From: an uncultured Alphaproteobacteria bacterium
GTDB lineage: Bacteria; Pseudomonadota; Alphaproteobacteria; Rhizobiales; Aestuariivirgaceae
Direction: 5' to 3'
Assembly: GCA_963770075.1 (NCBI GenBank)
Contig: CAVYOQ010000070.1
Coordinates: 1 to 64,000, forward strand
Length of the DNA: 64,000 bases
The translations under genes and the position numbers were made by a program. The notes below the pieces were generated by a model. The model was not told the DNA's origin. It saw only the letters and a list, made by a program, of their open reading frames with translations, and did not search any database. Below are positions 22,034 to 34,455 of this stretch, piece by piece. How positions within the stretch are numbered: position 1 is the stretch's first letter; each line of letters starts with the position of its first letter.

Positions 22034-22678
22034 GCCAGCCGTGGGACTTTGTGGCCTTTTTTTGAGGGCGTGGATTTTCTTTGTTTTTCAATGACTTGCC
22101 ATGTTCGTGCTAAGTTCCATGCGAGTTCCGTTAAATTCCGGTTAATTCGCGCCGAGAATCTGACAGGCGCTACGGCAGGTCCGGCCAACCCGGCCGGCAT
22201 TGGTCCGGACGCGATTCTGGCGGGGGAGTCAAAGGCTTGCGCAGGGCACCTGGCGGGGCTTGCGAAACTGCGGCCACGGCAGGCTTGATCCGTGTACAGA
22301 GTTTATTGGCGGGCTGAGTTGCCTTGCCTGATGGCGCTGTGTAATGTGGCCTTGCGCTCGGGGCTAAACGGCGCCAACGACAACAACGATATCAGTCAGA
22401 GCGGCGTTACAGAGTACATCCCACAGCGTGGTAGGCGATCCCGCGCGGACTGCGTCAAAGTTCCGTGCAAGGGGAGAGTTGCAAAAAAAACGGGCGACCT
22501 TGCGCGGAATCGGAGGCGATTCCACGGACGGCGGGTTTGTGCCCGATGGTGAGTTTGTAACTTCGCCGCGAGAGTTCGGGTGACGGCGATTTCGGCGTCG
22601 CTTTTGGGGGCATGACCGGGCCGGAGGACGAGAGGCCGGCTTGGAGACATGGCAAACGGGCAGGTTTGATCTTTAGCT
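22034..22678 (+). promoter_or_regulatory. dnaA upstream control region with a local AT-rich stretch, a CtrA-like half-consensus box, GANTC sites and one weak DnaA box
   Basis: Contains TTAAattccggTTAAt (22131-22146), five GANTC (CcrM) sites, and aaaATCCACg at 22063-22072 (6/9 to the DnaA box). This is not enough to call oriC. Confidence 0.4.
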
Positions 22679-24085
22679 ATGCACGCACAACCGAACGACG
22701 ATTTGCGCCATTCATGGAAGCGCATCGCTCAGCGATTGCGCGCCGAATTGGGCGAAGACCTTTATTCGAGCTGGTTCGCCCGCATGGAGCCGGAGGACCT
22801 GGCCGATGACCGGCTTCGGGTCTCGGTGCCGACCAAGTTTCTCAAGAGCTGGATCGAGTCGCATTATGCCGGCCGCTTGGGCGACATCTGCGAGGCCGAG
22901 CTCGGCAAGCTCGACGGCGTCTCCATCAGGGTGAGGAGCCGTGGGCGCCCGGCCTGTGCCCGTCCCGTTGAGGAGATGCGTCCCGGCCAGCTTGAAGCGA
23001 TGCCCAGCCAGCCGGTAGCCGTCATGCGCGAGCATGCCTCGCCGCTTGAACCCTCGCTGGTGTTCGACACCTTCGTGCAGGGCCGCTCCAACCTCCTTGC
23101 CCATGCCGCCGCGCTCAGGGTGGCCGAGCATCAGCCGGGCCAGCCGGTGGGCTTCAATCCGCTGTTCATCCATTCCGCGTCCGGGCTCGGCAAGACGCAT
23201 CTGCTCAATGCCATCGCCTGGTCGATCCGAGAGCGTTTTGCCCAGCGCAGCGTGCTCTACATCACCGCCGAACGCTTCATGTATCACTTCGTGGCGGCGC
23301 TGAAGGCGCGCGACACCCTCACCTTCAAGGACCGCTTCCAGGGCACCGACGTGCTCCTCATCGACGATTTCCAGTTCCTGCAGGGCAAGACCATGCAGCA
23401 GGAGTTCTGCCACACCTTCAACTCGCTGGTCGATTCGCGCCGTCAGGTGATCGTTGCCGCCGACGTGCCGCCGGGTCAGCTCGAAAGCATCGACCAGCGC
23501 ATGCGCTCGCGCTTCGCCGGCGGCCTTGTTGTCGACATCGAGTACCCCGACCTGGAATTGCGCCGCGCCATTCTCATCCGCCGCCTGGCCGAGTTGCAGA
23601 AACGCCATCCGGCCGCCGCCCAGGTGCCTGAGGATGTGGTTGAATATATCGCCAACCGCATCACCGGCGGCGGGCGTGAGCTGGAAGGCGCACTGGTCAG
23701 GGTAATGGCGCGCCAGGAGGTCAATCGCGGGCCGCTCACCGTCGATATGGCGGCCCTTGCTCTGCGCGATCTCGCTCAGAACGCCGAGATGGTCAGGGTG
23801 CGCATCGACGACATCCTGCAGGTGATCGGACGCCACTATAACGTCAGCCGCGCCGACCTGCTGTCGCCCCGGCGCGCCCGCTCCATCGTGCTGCCGCGCC
23901 AGGTGGGCATGTACCTTGCCAAGAAACTCACCCCGCGCTCGCTGCCGGAGATCGGCAAGCGTTTCGGCGGACGCGATCACTCCACCGTCCTTTATGCGGT
24001 GCGCAAGATCGACGAGATGATCAAGGCCGATGAGCGCCTTTCGCGCGAGGTGGCGCTGCTCGCCCGCCTCGTGGAGCAGCAATAG
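22679..24085 (+). CDS. dnaA: Chromosomal replication initiator DnaA
   Basis: 468-aa ORF with an AAA+ domain (Walker A GLGKTHLL), a DnaA signature and a C-terminal DNA-binding domain. It heads the canonical dnaA-dnaN-recF-gyrB order. Confidence 0.95.
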   Translation: MHAQPNDDLRHSWKRIAQRLRAELGEDLYSSWFARMEPEDLADDRLRVSVPTKFLKSWIESHYAGRLGDICEAELGKLDGVSIRVRSRGRPACARPVEEMRPGQLEAMPSQPVAVMREHASPLEPSLVFDTFVQGRSNLLAHAAALRVAEHQPGQPVGFNPLFIHSASGLGKTHLLNAIAWSIRERFAQRSVLYITAERFMYHFVAALKARDTLTFKDRFQGTDVLLIDDFQFLQGKTMQQEFCHTFNSLVDSRRQVIVAADVPPGQLESIDQRMRSRFAGGLVVDIEYPDLELRRAILIRRLAELQKRHPAAAQVPEDVVEYIANRITGGGRELEGALVRVMARQEVNRGPLTVDMAALALRDLAQNAEMVRVRIDDILQVIGRHYNVSRADLLSPRRARSIVLPRQVGMYLAKKLTPRSLPEIGKRFGGRDHSTVLYAVRKIDEMIKADERLSREVALLARLVEQQ

Positions 24086-24097
24086 ACCTCCACCGCC

Positions 24098-24128
24098 CCC
24101 CGGCAAGGCCTTGCTTTGCCGGGATTTT
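24098..24128 (+). terminator. Stem-loop followed by a T-tract after dnaA
   Basis: cccggcaa-ggccttgct-ttgccggg followed by atttt. Confidence 0.5.
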
Positions 24129-24212
24129 GCCGCCAAAGTCGGCAGTCCGTGCCTGCCGGCGGCAGGGCTCACACTATCCGGCGACCGCCGGACATTTCGG
24201 GAACAAGCGGTT

Positions 24213-25331
24213 ATGCGTGTCACTATCGAGCGTTCGGCTCTGCTCAAGTCCTTGAACCATGTGCAGTCCGTGGTGGAGCGCCGCAACACCATCCCGATTC
24301 TGTCCAACGTGCTGGTCAACGCCGCTGCCGGCGCCGTGCGCCTGACCGCCACCGATCTCGACATTGAGGTGGTCGACGAGGTGCCCGCCGACATTGCCCA
24401 GCAAGGCGCCACCACGGTGCCGGCGCACATGATCTACGACATCGTGAGAAAGCTGCCGGACGGTGCCCAGGTCGAAATCGAGCAGGGGCCCGATGAGGGC
24501 CGCCTCGCGCTTCATTCCGGCCGTTCGCGCTTTTCGCTGCAGGCGCTGCCGTCGTCGGACTTCCCCGATCTTGCCGCCGGCGAATTCACCCACACTTTCA
24601 GCCTGCCGGCAGCGGACCTGAAGGCCCTCATCGAAAAGACCCGTTTTGCCATCTCCACCGAGGAGACGCGCTATTATCTCAACGGCATCTATCTGCATCA
24701 CGTGGACGTAGGCGGCGAGGCGCGCCTGAGGGCGGTGGCGACCGATGGCCATCGCCTCGCCCAGGTGGAGGTGGATGCCCCTGACGGCTCGGCCGGCATG
24801 CCCGGCATCATCGTGCCGCGCAAGACGGTGTTGGAGCTCGTGCGCCTGATTGAGGACGCCGATTCAACCGTGGAGGTGTCGCTGTCGGCCTCGAAGATCC
24901 GCTTCGTGGCTTCAAGCCTCACCCTCACCTCCAAGCTCATCGACGGGACCTTTCCCGATTATGAGCGCGTCATCCCGCAGCGCAACGACAAGCGCATGGA
25001 GGTGGACGTGCGTCTGTTCACCAACGCCGTCGACCGCGTCTCCACCATCTCCAGCGAGAAGGGCCGGGCGGTAAAGCTCAATATCGCCACCGACAAGGTG
25101 GTTTTGTCGGTCAACAATCCGGAGTCCGGTTCGGCCGAAGAGGAAGTGGCCGCAACTTATGCCGACGAGCCGCTTGATATCGGCTTCAACTCTCGCTATC
25201 TCCTTGATATCGCAAGTCAGTTCAAGGGCGATAGCGCCAGTTTCGAATTCGCCGATGCCGGTTCGCCCACGATCGTGCGCGACACCGCCGATGAGCGTGC
25301 GCTCTACGTGCTCATGCCCATGCGGGTGTAG
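24213..25331 (+). CDS. dnaN: DNA polymerase III beta sliding clamp
   Basis: MRVTIERSALLKSLNHVQSVVERRNTIPILSNVL… shows the three-domain clamp. ATG is at 24213. Confidence 0.95.
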   Translation: MRVTIERSALLKSLNHVQSVVERRNTIPILSNVLVNAAAGAVRLTATDLDIEVVDEVPADIAQQGATTVPAHMIYDIVRKLPDGAQVEIEQGPDEGRLALHSGRSRFSLQALPSSDFPDLAAGEFTHTFSLPAADLKALIEKTRFAISTEETRYYLNGIYLHHVDVGGEARLRAVATDGHRLAQVEVDAPDGSAGMPGIIVPRKTVLELVRLIEDADSTVEVSLSASKIRFVASSLTLTSKLIDGTFPDYERVIPQRNDKRMEVDVRLFTNAVDRVSTISSEKGRAVKLNIATDKVVLSVNNPESGSAEEEVAATYADEPLDIGFNSRYLLDIASQFKGDSASFEFADAGSPTIVRDTADERALYVLMPMRV

Positions 25332-25338
25332 CGGACTA

Positions 25339-25386
25339 GATCAGCCTGCAATTGGGCGGAATTGCCCAATTGCAGAAAAGCTGATC
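25339..25386. promoter_or_regulatory. 48-bp palindrome between dnaN and recF
   Basis: gatcagc-CTGCAATTGGGC-ggaatt-GCCCAATTGCAG-aaaa-gctgatc has a perfect 12-bp inner stem plus 7-bp outer arms. A second imperfect palindrome gcggaaagtgg-tg-tccacttttcggc lies at 25415-25440, just upstream of recF. Confidence 0.5.
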
Positions 25387-25483
25387 GATTCTAAGGAGTT
25401 GAGCATGATGTTATGCGGAAAGTGGTGTCCACTTTTCGGCATTATGGTCTAGGCATTCAGGCGAGAAGTTGCACCAGGTAGAA

Positions 25484-29124
<3,641 letters not shown>

Positions 29125-29184
29125 GTCCCGCCACGTTTGCGACACGTTCTCGCCTATGCTGGCCCGATGACGGCCAAGGCTTTG

Positions 29185-29200
29185 TTAACCAAGCGTTAAC
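29185..29200 (+). promoter_or_regulatory. CtrA-type box TTAA-N7-TTAAC upstream of the PBP gene
   Basis: TTAAccaagcgTTAAC is a perfect match to the full CtrA consensus. It is about 50 nt upstream of the PBP start. Confidence 0.45.
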
Positions 29201-29248
29201 CGCGCAGCCGGAAGGCTGAACGATACCGAAAAGCGACGGACAGGATAA

Positions 29249-31357
29249 GTGCTGGGACTGGGACGCAAGCGCCGCAAGAAGGCGCGCGGTGAGCGCGTCG
29301 AGCCGCGACTGGTGAAGCGCCGCGACAGCGGCCGCGTCCCGTCGGGGCGTGCGCCGAAAAAACGCCGCCGTTCCATGCTCTTGCGTCTCATGGGCTGGGG
29401 CGTGACGCTGGGCATGGCGGGCCTTGTGATGCTCGCCGCGGCCACCGCCTATACCTACGTCAATCTGGAAGGCCAGGGGCTGTTCCAGATCCCCAAGCGC
29501 GAGCCCGGCATCATGATCCTGGCCGGCGACGGCCAGATCGTCGCCGAGCGCGGGTCGTTCTTCGGCGACGCGGTGCGCATCGACGAGCTGCCGAGCTATG
29601 TGCCGCAGGCCATCATTGCCATCGAGGACCGGCGCTTTTATTCGCATTTTGGTATCGATCCCATCGGCCTCCTGCGTGCCGTGGCGGCCAATATCAGGGC
29701 CGGCCACACGGTGCAGGGTGGCTCGACCCTCACCCAGCAGCTCGCCAAGAACCTGTTTCTCAAGCCCGAGCGGACCTATACGCGCAAGTTCCAGGAAGCG
29801 GTGCTGGCGCTGTGGCTGGAGAACAAGTTCACCAAGGACGAGATCCTGCAGCTTTACATGAACCGCGTCTATTTCGGCGGCGGGGCGCCCGGCATCGACA
29901 AGGCGGCGCAAGCCTTCTTCGGCAAGTCGGCGCGCGATGTGAGCCTGCATGAGGCCGCCATCCTCGCCGCCCTGCTCAAGGCGCCGACCACCTACAATCC
30001 CGTGCGTCATCCCGACCGCGCCAACGCGCGCGCCAAGGACGTTCTCAATGCCATGGTGGATGTGGGCTTCATCACGCAAAAGCAGGCCATGCAGGCCGAA
30101 AGCTCACCGACCGGCGTGCGCGCGGCCGATCATCGCCCCACCAACCAGTATATAGTCGACTGGGTGAGCGAGCAGCTTCCCGACCTCATCGGCAAGTTCG
30201 ACAGCTCCATCGTGGTGGAGACCACCATCGACCGCTCGTTGCAGACGCTGGCCGAGAAGACGGTGCAGAACGTGCTCGACGATCAGGGCGAGAAACGCCG
30301 TGTCGGTCAGGGCGCGGCCGTGGTGCTCGATGTGAACGGCGCCGTCAAGGCCATGGTCGGCGGCCGCTCCTATATCAAGAGCCAGTACAACCGCGCGGTC
30401 AGGGCCAAGCGCCAGCCGGGATCGGCCTTCAAGCCCTTCGTCTACGTGACCGCCGTCGAACAGGGCATGACGCCCAATTCGATGGAGGTGGACGAACCGG
30501 TGACCTTCGGCGGCTGGTCGCCGGAAAACTACCATCGCAAATATATGGGCCCCGTCACCCTGCGCACGGCGCTTGCCCATTCGCTCAACTCGGTGGCGGC
30601 CAAGCTCGCCGTCAAGGTGGGCCCGGCCAACGTCATCGCCACGGCCCATCGCATGGGCATCACCTCTCAGTTGCAGGACAATGCCTCCATCGCGCTCGGC
30701 ACCTCCGAGGTGAGTCTGCTGGAGCTGACGGCGGCCTATGCGCCCTTTGCCAACGACGGGCGCACGGTGGTGCCTTATGTCATCACCAGGGTATCGACTC
30801 GCGACGGGCGCGTTCTCTTTCAGCGCCATGGCGACGGCTTCGGCATTACCCTCACCGACTATGACGTCGGTGCCATGAACGACATGCTGCGCACCGTCGT
30901 AAAAGAAGGCACCGGCCGCCGCGCCCAGTTGCCGCCGCAGGACGTCGCCGGCAAGACCGGCACCAGCCAGGACTATCGCGATGCCTGGTTCATCGGTTAT
31001 TCCAGCTACTACGTGGCGGGCGTGTGGGTCGGCAATGACGACAACACCCCCACCAACCGGGTGACCGGCGGCAACCTGCCGGCGGAAATCTGGCACGACA
31101 TCATGGCCGCTGCCCACCAGGACCTGCCGCCCAAGCCGCTGCCCGGCAACTGGCAGCAAACGCCCTATGCCAATTATCAGCAGGACCAGGGCAATGGTAT
31201 ATTCGGCGTGCTGCAGTCGATGTTCGGCACCGGCCAGCAGGCCGCCGTCGAGCCCCCGAGCGTCAACCAGCGCCCGGCGCCCGGCGACAACGTCACCGAG
31301 GCGGAGCGCCGCCGGCGCCTGAAGGAACGCCAGAAGAGCCTGTTCGATAATCATTGA
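29249..31357 (+). CDS. Class A penicillin-binding protein (PBP1A family; glycosyltransferase + transpeptidase)
   Basis: GT51 motifs (EDRRFYSHFGID, GGSTLTQQ), a transpeptidase SxxK motif, an N-terminal basic tail and a transmembrane helix. The start at 29249 is GTG; an internal ATG (MLLRLMGW…) is also possible. Confidence 0.85.
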   Translation: MLGLGRKRRKKARGERVEPRLVKRRDSGRVPSGRAPKKRRRSMLLRLMGWGVTLGMAGLVMLAAATAYTYVNLEGQGLFQIPKREPGIMILAGDGQIVAERGSFFGDAVRIDELPSYVPQAIIAIEDRRFYSHFGIDPIGLLRAVAANIRAGHTVQGGSTLTQQLAKNLFLKPERTYTRKFQEAVLALWLENKFTKDEILQLYMNRVYFGGGAPGIDKAAQAFFGKSARDVSLHEAAILAALLKAPTTYNPVRHPDRANARAKDVLNAMVDVGFITQKQAMQAESSPTGVRAADHRPTNQYIVDWVSEQLPDLIGKFDSSIVVETTIDRSLQTLAEKTVQNVLDDQGEKRRVGQGAAVVLDVNGAVKAMVGGRSYIKSQYNRAVRAKRQPGSAFKPFVYVTAVEQGMTPNSMEVDEPVTFGGWSPENYHRKYMGPVTLRTALAHSLNSVAAKLAVKVGPANVIATAHRMGITSQLQDNASIALGTSEVSLLELTAAYAPFANDGRTVVPYVITRVSTRDGRVLFQRHGDGFGITLTDYDVGAMNDMLRTVVKEGTGRRAQLPPQDVAGKTGTSQDYRDAWFIGYSSYYVAGVWVGNDDNTPTNRVTGGNLPAEIWHDIMAAAHQDLPPKPLPGNWQQTPYANYQQDQGNGIFGVLQSMFGTGQQAAVEPPSVNQRPAPGDNVTEAERRRRLKERQKSLFDNH

Positions 31358-31368
31358 AGCCGTTGGCG

Positions 31369-32097
31369 TCAGCCGCCGTAGCTGCGCAGGCCGGGTCCGT
31401 GCGCCTTCAGCCAGCGCCGGGCCTCGTCGGCGCGCGGGGCATGGTTGTGCACCAGCGACCAGAAGCGGGACGAATGGTTCAACTCGATGAGATGGGCGAC
31501 CTCGTGGGCGGCCACATAATCGAGCACGAATGCCGGAGCCAGGATCAGGCGCCAGGAATAGCTGAGATGGCCGTTTGATGAGCACGAGCCCCAGCGGCTG
31601 GCCTGGTCGCGCAAGGAAAGCCGCCGGTAGCGCGTGCCCATGGCCTCGGCATAGGCGCTCGAGGTCGCGCATAGGTCGCGGCGTGCCTCGGCCTTCAGCC
31701 AGTCGCCGAGCCGGCGCGCGACATGCGGCGCCTCTGCCGCCACCACGAGGCGCGGCTCGGCCCCGCCGATGAGTTGCACCCCGCCGCGGCGGCTCATCGC
31801 CTGCTCTATGCGATGCGGTATGCCGCGCACCGGTACCCGGTTGCCCGGCGTGAAGGGTTGGGCCTCAGGCTGACGGGCAAGCTGGCGGCTTATCCAGCCG
31901 GCATGGCGGGCGGCGAATTCGAGCCCTGTCTGTTCCGAGCTTCCCGGCGGCAGGGTGACGGTGACGCCCGCCCCGCTCATGCGCAGGATCAGCCGCCGCG
32001 CTCGTGGATTGCGGCGGAAACTGACCGCCACCGGCACCCCGTCGACGCTCAACGGGCGATTGGTCCCGTTCATCGGGCGATGAAAGAAGTCGAGCAT
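31369..32097 (-). CDS. M48/YgjP-family (DUF45) metal-dependent hydrolase
   Basis: HEVAHLIELNHS zinc-binding HExxH motif. Start chosen at MLDFFHRPMNG (32097); the upstream part of the 312-aa track ORF runs into repeat element B. Confidence 0.75.
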   Translation of the reverse strand: MLDFFHRPMNGTNRPLSVDGVPVAVSFRRNPRARRLILRMSGAGVTVTLPPGSSEQTGLEFAARHAGWISRQLARQPEAQPFTPGNRVPVRGIPHRIEQAMSRRGGVQLIGGAEPRLVVAAEAPHVARRLGDWLKAEARRDLCATSSAYAEAMGTRYRRLSLRDQASRWGSCSSNGHLSYSWRLILAPAFVLDYVAAHEVAHLIELNHSSRFWSLVHNHAPRADEARRWLKAHGPGLRSYGG

Positions 32098-32199
32098 GGG
32101 GTATCGTGGCCGAATCGGTAGCGATGCCTGCGATAGTGCCCGATCAAGCGCTTTAGCGGAATCCCGGATGATTGTGGGCGTTGTCCCTGCCCTTGCCCT

Positions 32200-32326
32200 C
32201 ATCATCCCCCTTCCCCAGGTGTCATCCTCGGGCTTGTCCCGAGGACCCAGGGCACACGGCAAGGCTTGAGCGCTTGGCCCTTGGGACAAGCCCGAGGGTG
32301 ACGCCACGGGAGGGGGATGACCCCTG
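32200..32326. repeat. Nested palindromic REP-like element, copy B
   Basis: tcatcccccttcccc-aggt-GTCATCCTCGGGCTTGTCCCGAGGACCCAGGGCACACGG-…-CTTGGGACAAGCCCGAGGGTGAC-gccac-gggagggggatga. It has outer and inner inverted arms and each inner arm is itself a hairpin. It lies between phaZ and the M48 gene. Confidence 0.75.
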
Positions 32327-32361
32327 GGCGAGGACGTCGAGGCCAGCGCTCGGAATCGCCG

Positions 32362-33594
32362 TTACTTGCCCAGGCGGTTGTCGGTGATGAACTCGGCGAT
32401 GGCCGGCACGATCTCGCGGCGGAAGCGGTTGCCGTTGAAGACGCCGTAATGGCCGACGCCGCGCTGCAGATGATGGCGCCGGCGTTCGGCCGGGATGTTG
32501 GTGCACAGGCCGTGGGCGGCCCCGGTCTGGCCGACGCCGGAAATGTCGTCGCGCTCGCCCTCGATGGTCATCAGTGCCGTGGTGGTGACGGCAGCGGGGT
32601 CGACGCACTGGTTGCGGTGGGTGAAGGTGCCGCGCGGCAGGGCATGCTCAATGAACACCTTCTCCACCGTCTGCAGATAGAATTCGGCCGTCAGGTCCAT
32701 GACCGAAAGATATTCGTCGTAGAAATCCTGATGCTTGTCCGCCGAGTCGCCGTCGCCGTCCACCAGATGCCAGAACAGCTCCTGGTGGGCGTTGATGTGG
32801 CGATCCAAATTCATGGTCATGAAGCCGGTGAGCTGTAAAAAGCCGGGATAGACGTCGCGCATGAAGCCAGTGTGCGGGAAAGGCACCTTGACGATGACGT
32901 TGTTGCGGAACCAGTCGATGCCGCGGCGCATGGCCAGGTCGTTGACCACGGTCGGGTTGCGGCGGGTATCGATGGGCCCGCCCATGAGGATCATCGAGGC
33001 GGGTGCTGCCGGGTGCTTGCGCTCGTTCATCAGGCTGACGGCGGCCAGCACCGGCACCGAGGGCTGGCACACGGCCATGACGTGGACGCCGGGGCCGAGC
33101 ATCTCCAGCATCTCGATGATGTAGTCGATATAATCGTCGAGGTCGAATGTCCCGTCCGCCAGCGGCACCTGGCGGGCATCGACCCAGTCGGTGATGAACA
33201 CATCGGCGTGCGGCAGCATGGCCTCCGCGGTGCCGCGCAACAAGGTGGAGTAATGGCCCGACATGGGCGCCACGATGAGCAGCTTTTCCTGGCGCACCGG
33301 GCGCGGCATCTCTTTCTTGAAATGCAGCAAGGTGCAGAACGGCTTGTGCCAGACGCATTGCGGCGTCACCGGCACGAGGGCTTCGCCGAGAGGGACGTCG
33401 GTGATGCCGAAATCGGGCTTGCCGTAGCGCCGGGTGACGCGCTCGAACAGATCGAGGGGCGCGGCCATGTTGCGCCCGAGCTGGGTGTCGGCGAGCGGAT
33501 TGAGCGGGTTCTTCCAGAAGAAGCGCCCGTAATTCGCAGCCGCCCGCCACGGCGCCACGGCCGCGTGGTTCATTTCATAGAGATAGTAGAGCAT
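32362..33594 (-). CDS. phaZ: Intracellular polyhydroxyalkanoate depolymerase
   Basis: MLYYLYEMNHAAVAPWRAAANYGRFFW… is the characteristic PhaZ N-terminus. About 410 aa. Confidence 0.85.
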   Translation of the reverse strand: MLYYLYEMNHAAVAPWRAAANYGRFFWKNPLNPLADTQLGRNMAAPLDLFERVTRRYGKPDFGITDVPLGEALVPVTPQCVWHKPFCTLLHFKKEMPRPVRQEKLLIVAPMSGHYSTLLRGTAEAMLPHADVFITDWVDARQVPLADGTFDLDDYIDYIIEMLEMLGPGVHVMAVCQPSVPVLAAVSLMNERKHPAAPASMILMGGPIDTRRNPTVVNDLAMRRGIDWFRNNVIVKVPFPHTGFMRDVYPGFLQLTGFMTMNLDRHINAHQELFWHLVDGDGDSADKHQDFYDEYLSVMDLTAEFYLQTVEKVFIEHALPRGTFTHRNQCVDPAAVTTTALMTIEGERDDISGVGQTGAAHGLCTNIPAERRRHHLQRGVGHYGVFNGNRFRREIVPAIAEFITDNRLGK

Positions 33595-33728
33595 GGATTG
33601 CACAGCCCCTCCACCCAATTCGCCCCGTCGTCGAGCCTAACAGTTTGTCGGTACGCTTGGCAACGAGGCGTTGTCCTAGACAATGGAATGACGATTCGGT
33701 TACGCAAAGGTCAATATTTTCAGTCTTT

Positions 33729-34334
33729 CTAGCCGCCGATCGCCGCCTTGAGACTTTTGACGAACTGCACCACATCGGTGGTGTAGGTGAAATGCTTCAT
33801 GAATTTTCCATCCGGGCCGATCAGATATATAATGCTCGAATGGTCCATAAGGTAGTTGTCGCCGGCTTTTTCCCACCCTTTTGCCTTGGCGTAGTAGACC
33901 CGGTATTCCTTCGCCACCGTGGCGATCTCCTCAGGCGAGCCGGTGAGCGCCACGAAACGCGGGTTGAAGTTCGAGATGTACTGCTTGAGCACCTCAGGGC
34001 TGTCGCGCTCGGGGTCGATGGTAATGAAGATGGGCGTAACCTTCTTGGCCTTGGCGCCCATGGCATCGAGGGCCGCCGACATAACCTGCAGCTCGGCCGG
34101 ACAGACATCGGGGCAGAAAGTATAGCCGAAATAGACCAGCATGTAGCGGCCGGCGAAGTCGGTATTCTTCACCCGCTTGCCGTTCTGGTCGGTGAGCGTG
34201 AACGGCCCGCCCACCAGCGCCTGGCCCAGCGAAGCCGTATTGGGGCGCGCGAGGTAGCGATAGGCGGTAAAACCCACCAGCGCCGCGGCGATCACCAAGG
34301 CCACGACGGCAATCACATGATAGCGTTTAATCAT
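33729..34334 (-). CDS. senC: SCO1/SenC copper chaperone (thioredoxin-like)
   Basis: CPDVCP copper-binding motif and an N-terminal transmembrane anchor. Start at MIKRYHV (34334). It is divergent from regB, as in Rhodobacter. Confidence 0.85.
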   Translation of the reverse strand: MIKRYHVIAVVALVIAAALVGFTAYRYLARPNTASLGQALVGGPFTLTDQNGKRVKNTDFAGRYMLVYFGYTFCPDVCPAELQVMSAALDAMGAKAKKVTPIFITIDPERDSPEVLKQYISNFNPRFVALTGSPEEIATVAKEYRVYYAKAKGWEKAGDNYLMDHSSIIYLIGPDGKFMKHFTYTTDVVQFVKSLKAAIGG

Positions 34335-34346
34335 CGTCTCGCCTAT

Positions 34347-34367
34347 ATGACCGTCAGGACCGGTCAT
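34347..34367. promoter_or_regulatory. 21-bp palindrome in the senC/regB divergent region
   Basis: aTGACCG-tcaggac-CGGTCAt lies 13 nt upstream of the senC start codon. A nearby sequence, gcggcaaatgcgcc, is a candidate RegA/ActR-type GC-rich box. Confidence 0.35.
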
Positions 34368-34406
34368 CGCAAGGCGGCAAATGCGCCCGGCTGGCGATGC
34401 CACGGG

Positions 34407-34444
34407 CCGGTTTAGTATCAAGGTTGCGGTGCGCGCGCGGCGCC
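34407..34444. repeat. Solo copy of the terminal inverted repeat of the 55.4-kb structured element
   Basis: ccggtttagtatcaaggttgcggtgcgcgcgcggcgcc matches cctgttgagtatcagggttgcggcgccggcg at 55401. It is 12 nt upstream of the regB ATG. Confidence 0.5.
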
Positions 34445-34455
34445 ACCATGGACTG

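Noticed and set aside
22049-22288. 79-aa ORF in the dnaA leader
   Set aside because: No RBS and odd composition. It lies inside the AT-rich regulatory region and is probably not coding.
21966-22678. Chromosomal replication origin (oriC) at rpsT-dnaA
   Set aside because: Only one weak DnaA-box-like site, with no cluster of TTATCCACA or TGATCCACA boxes. Left as a dnaA promoter/regulatory region.
22712-24430. 572-aa ORF on the minus strand
   Set aside because: Antisense to dnaA and the dnaA-dnaN spacer. No recognisable motifs. GC-driven artefact.
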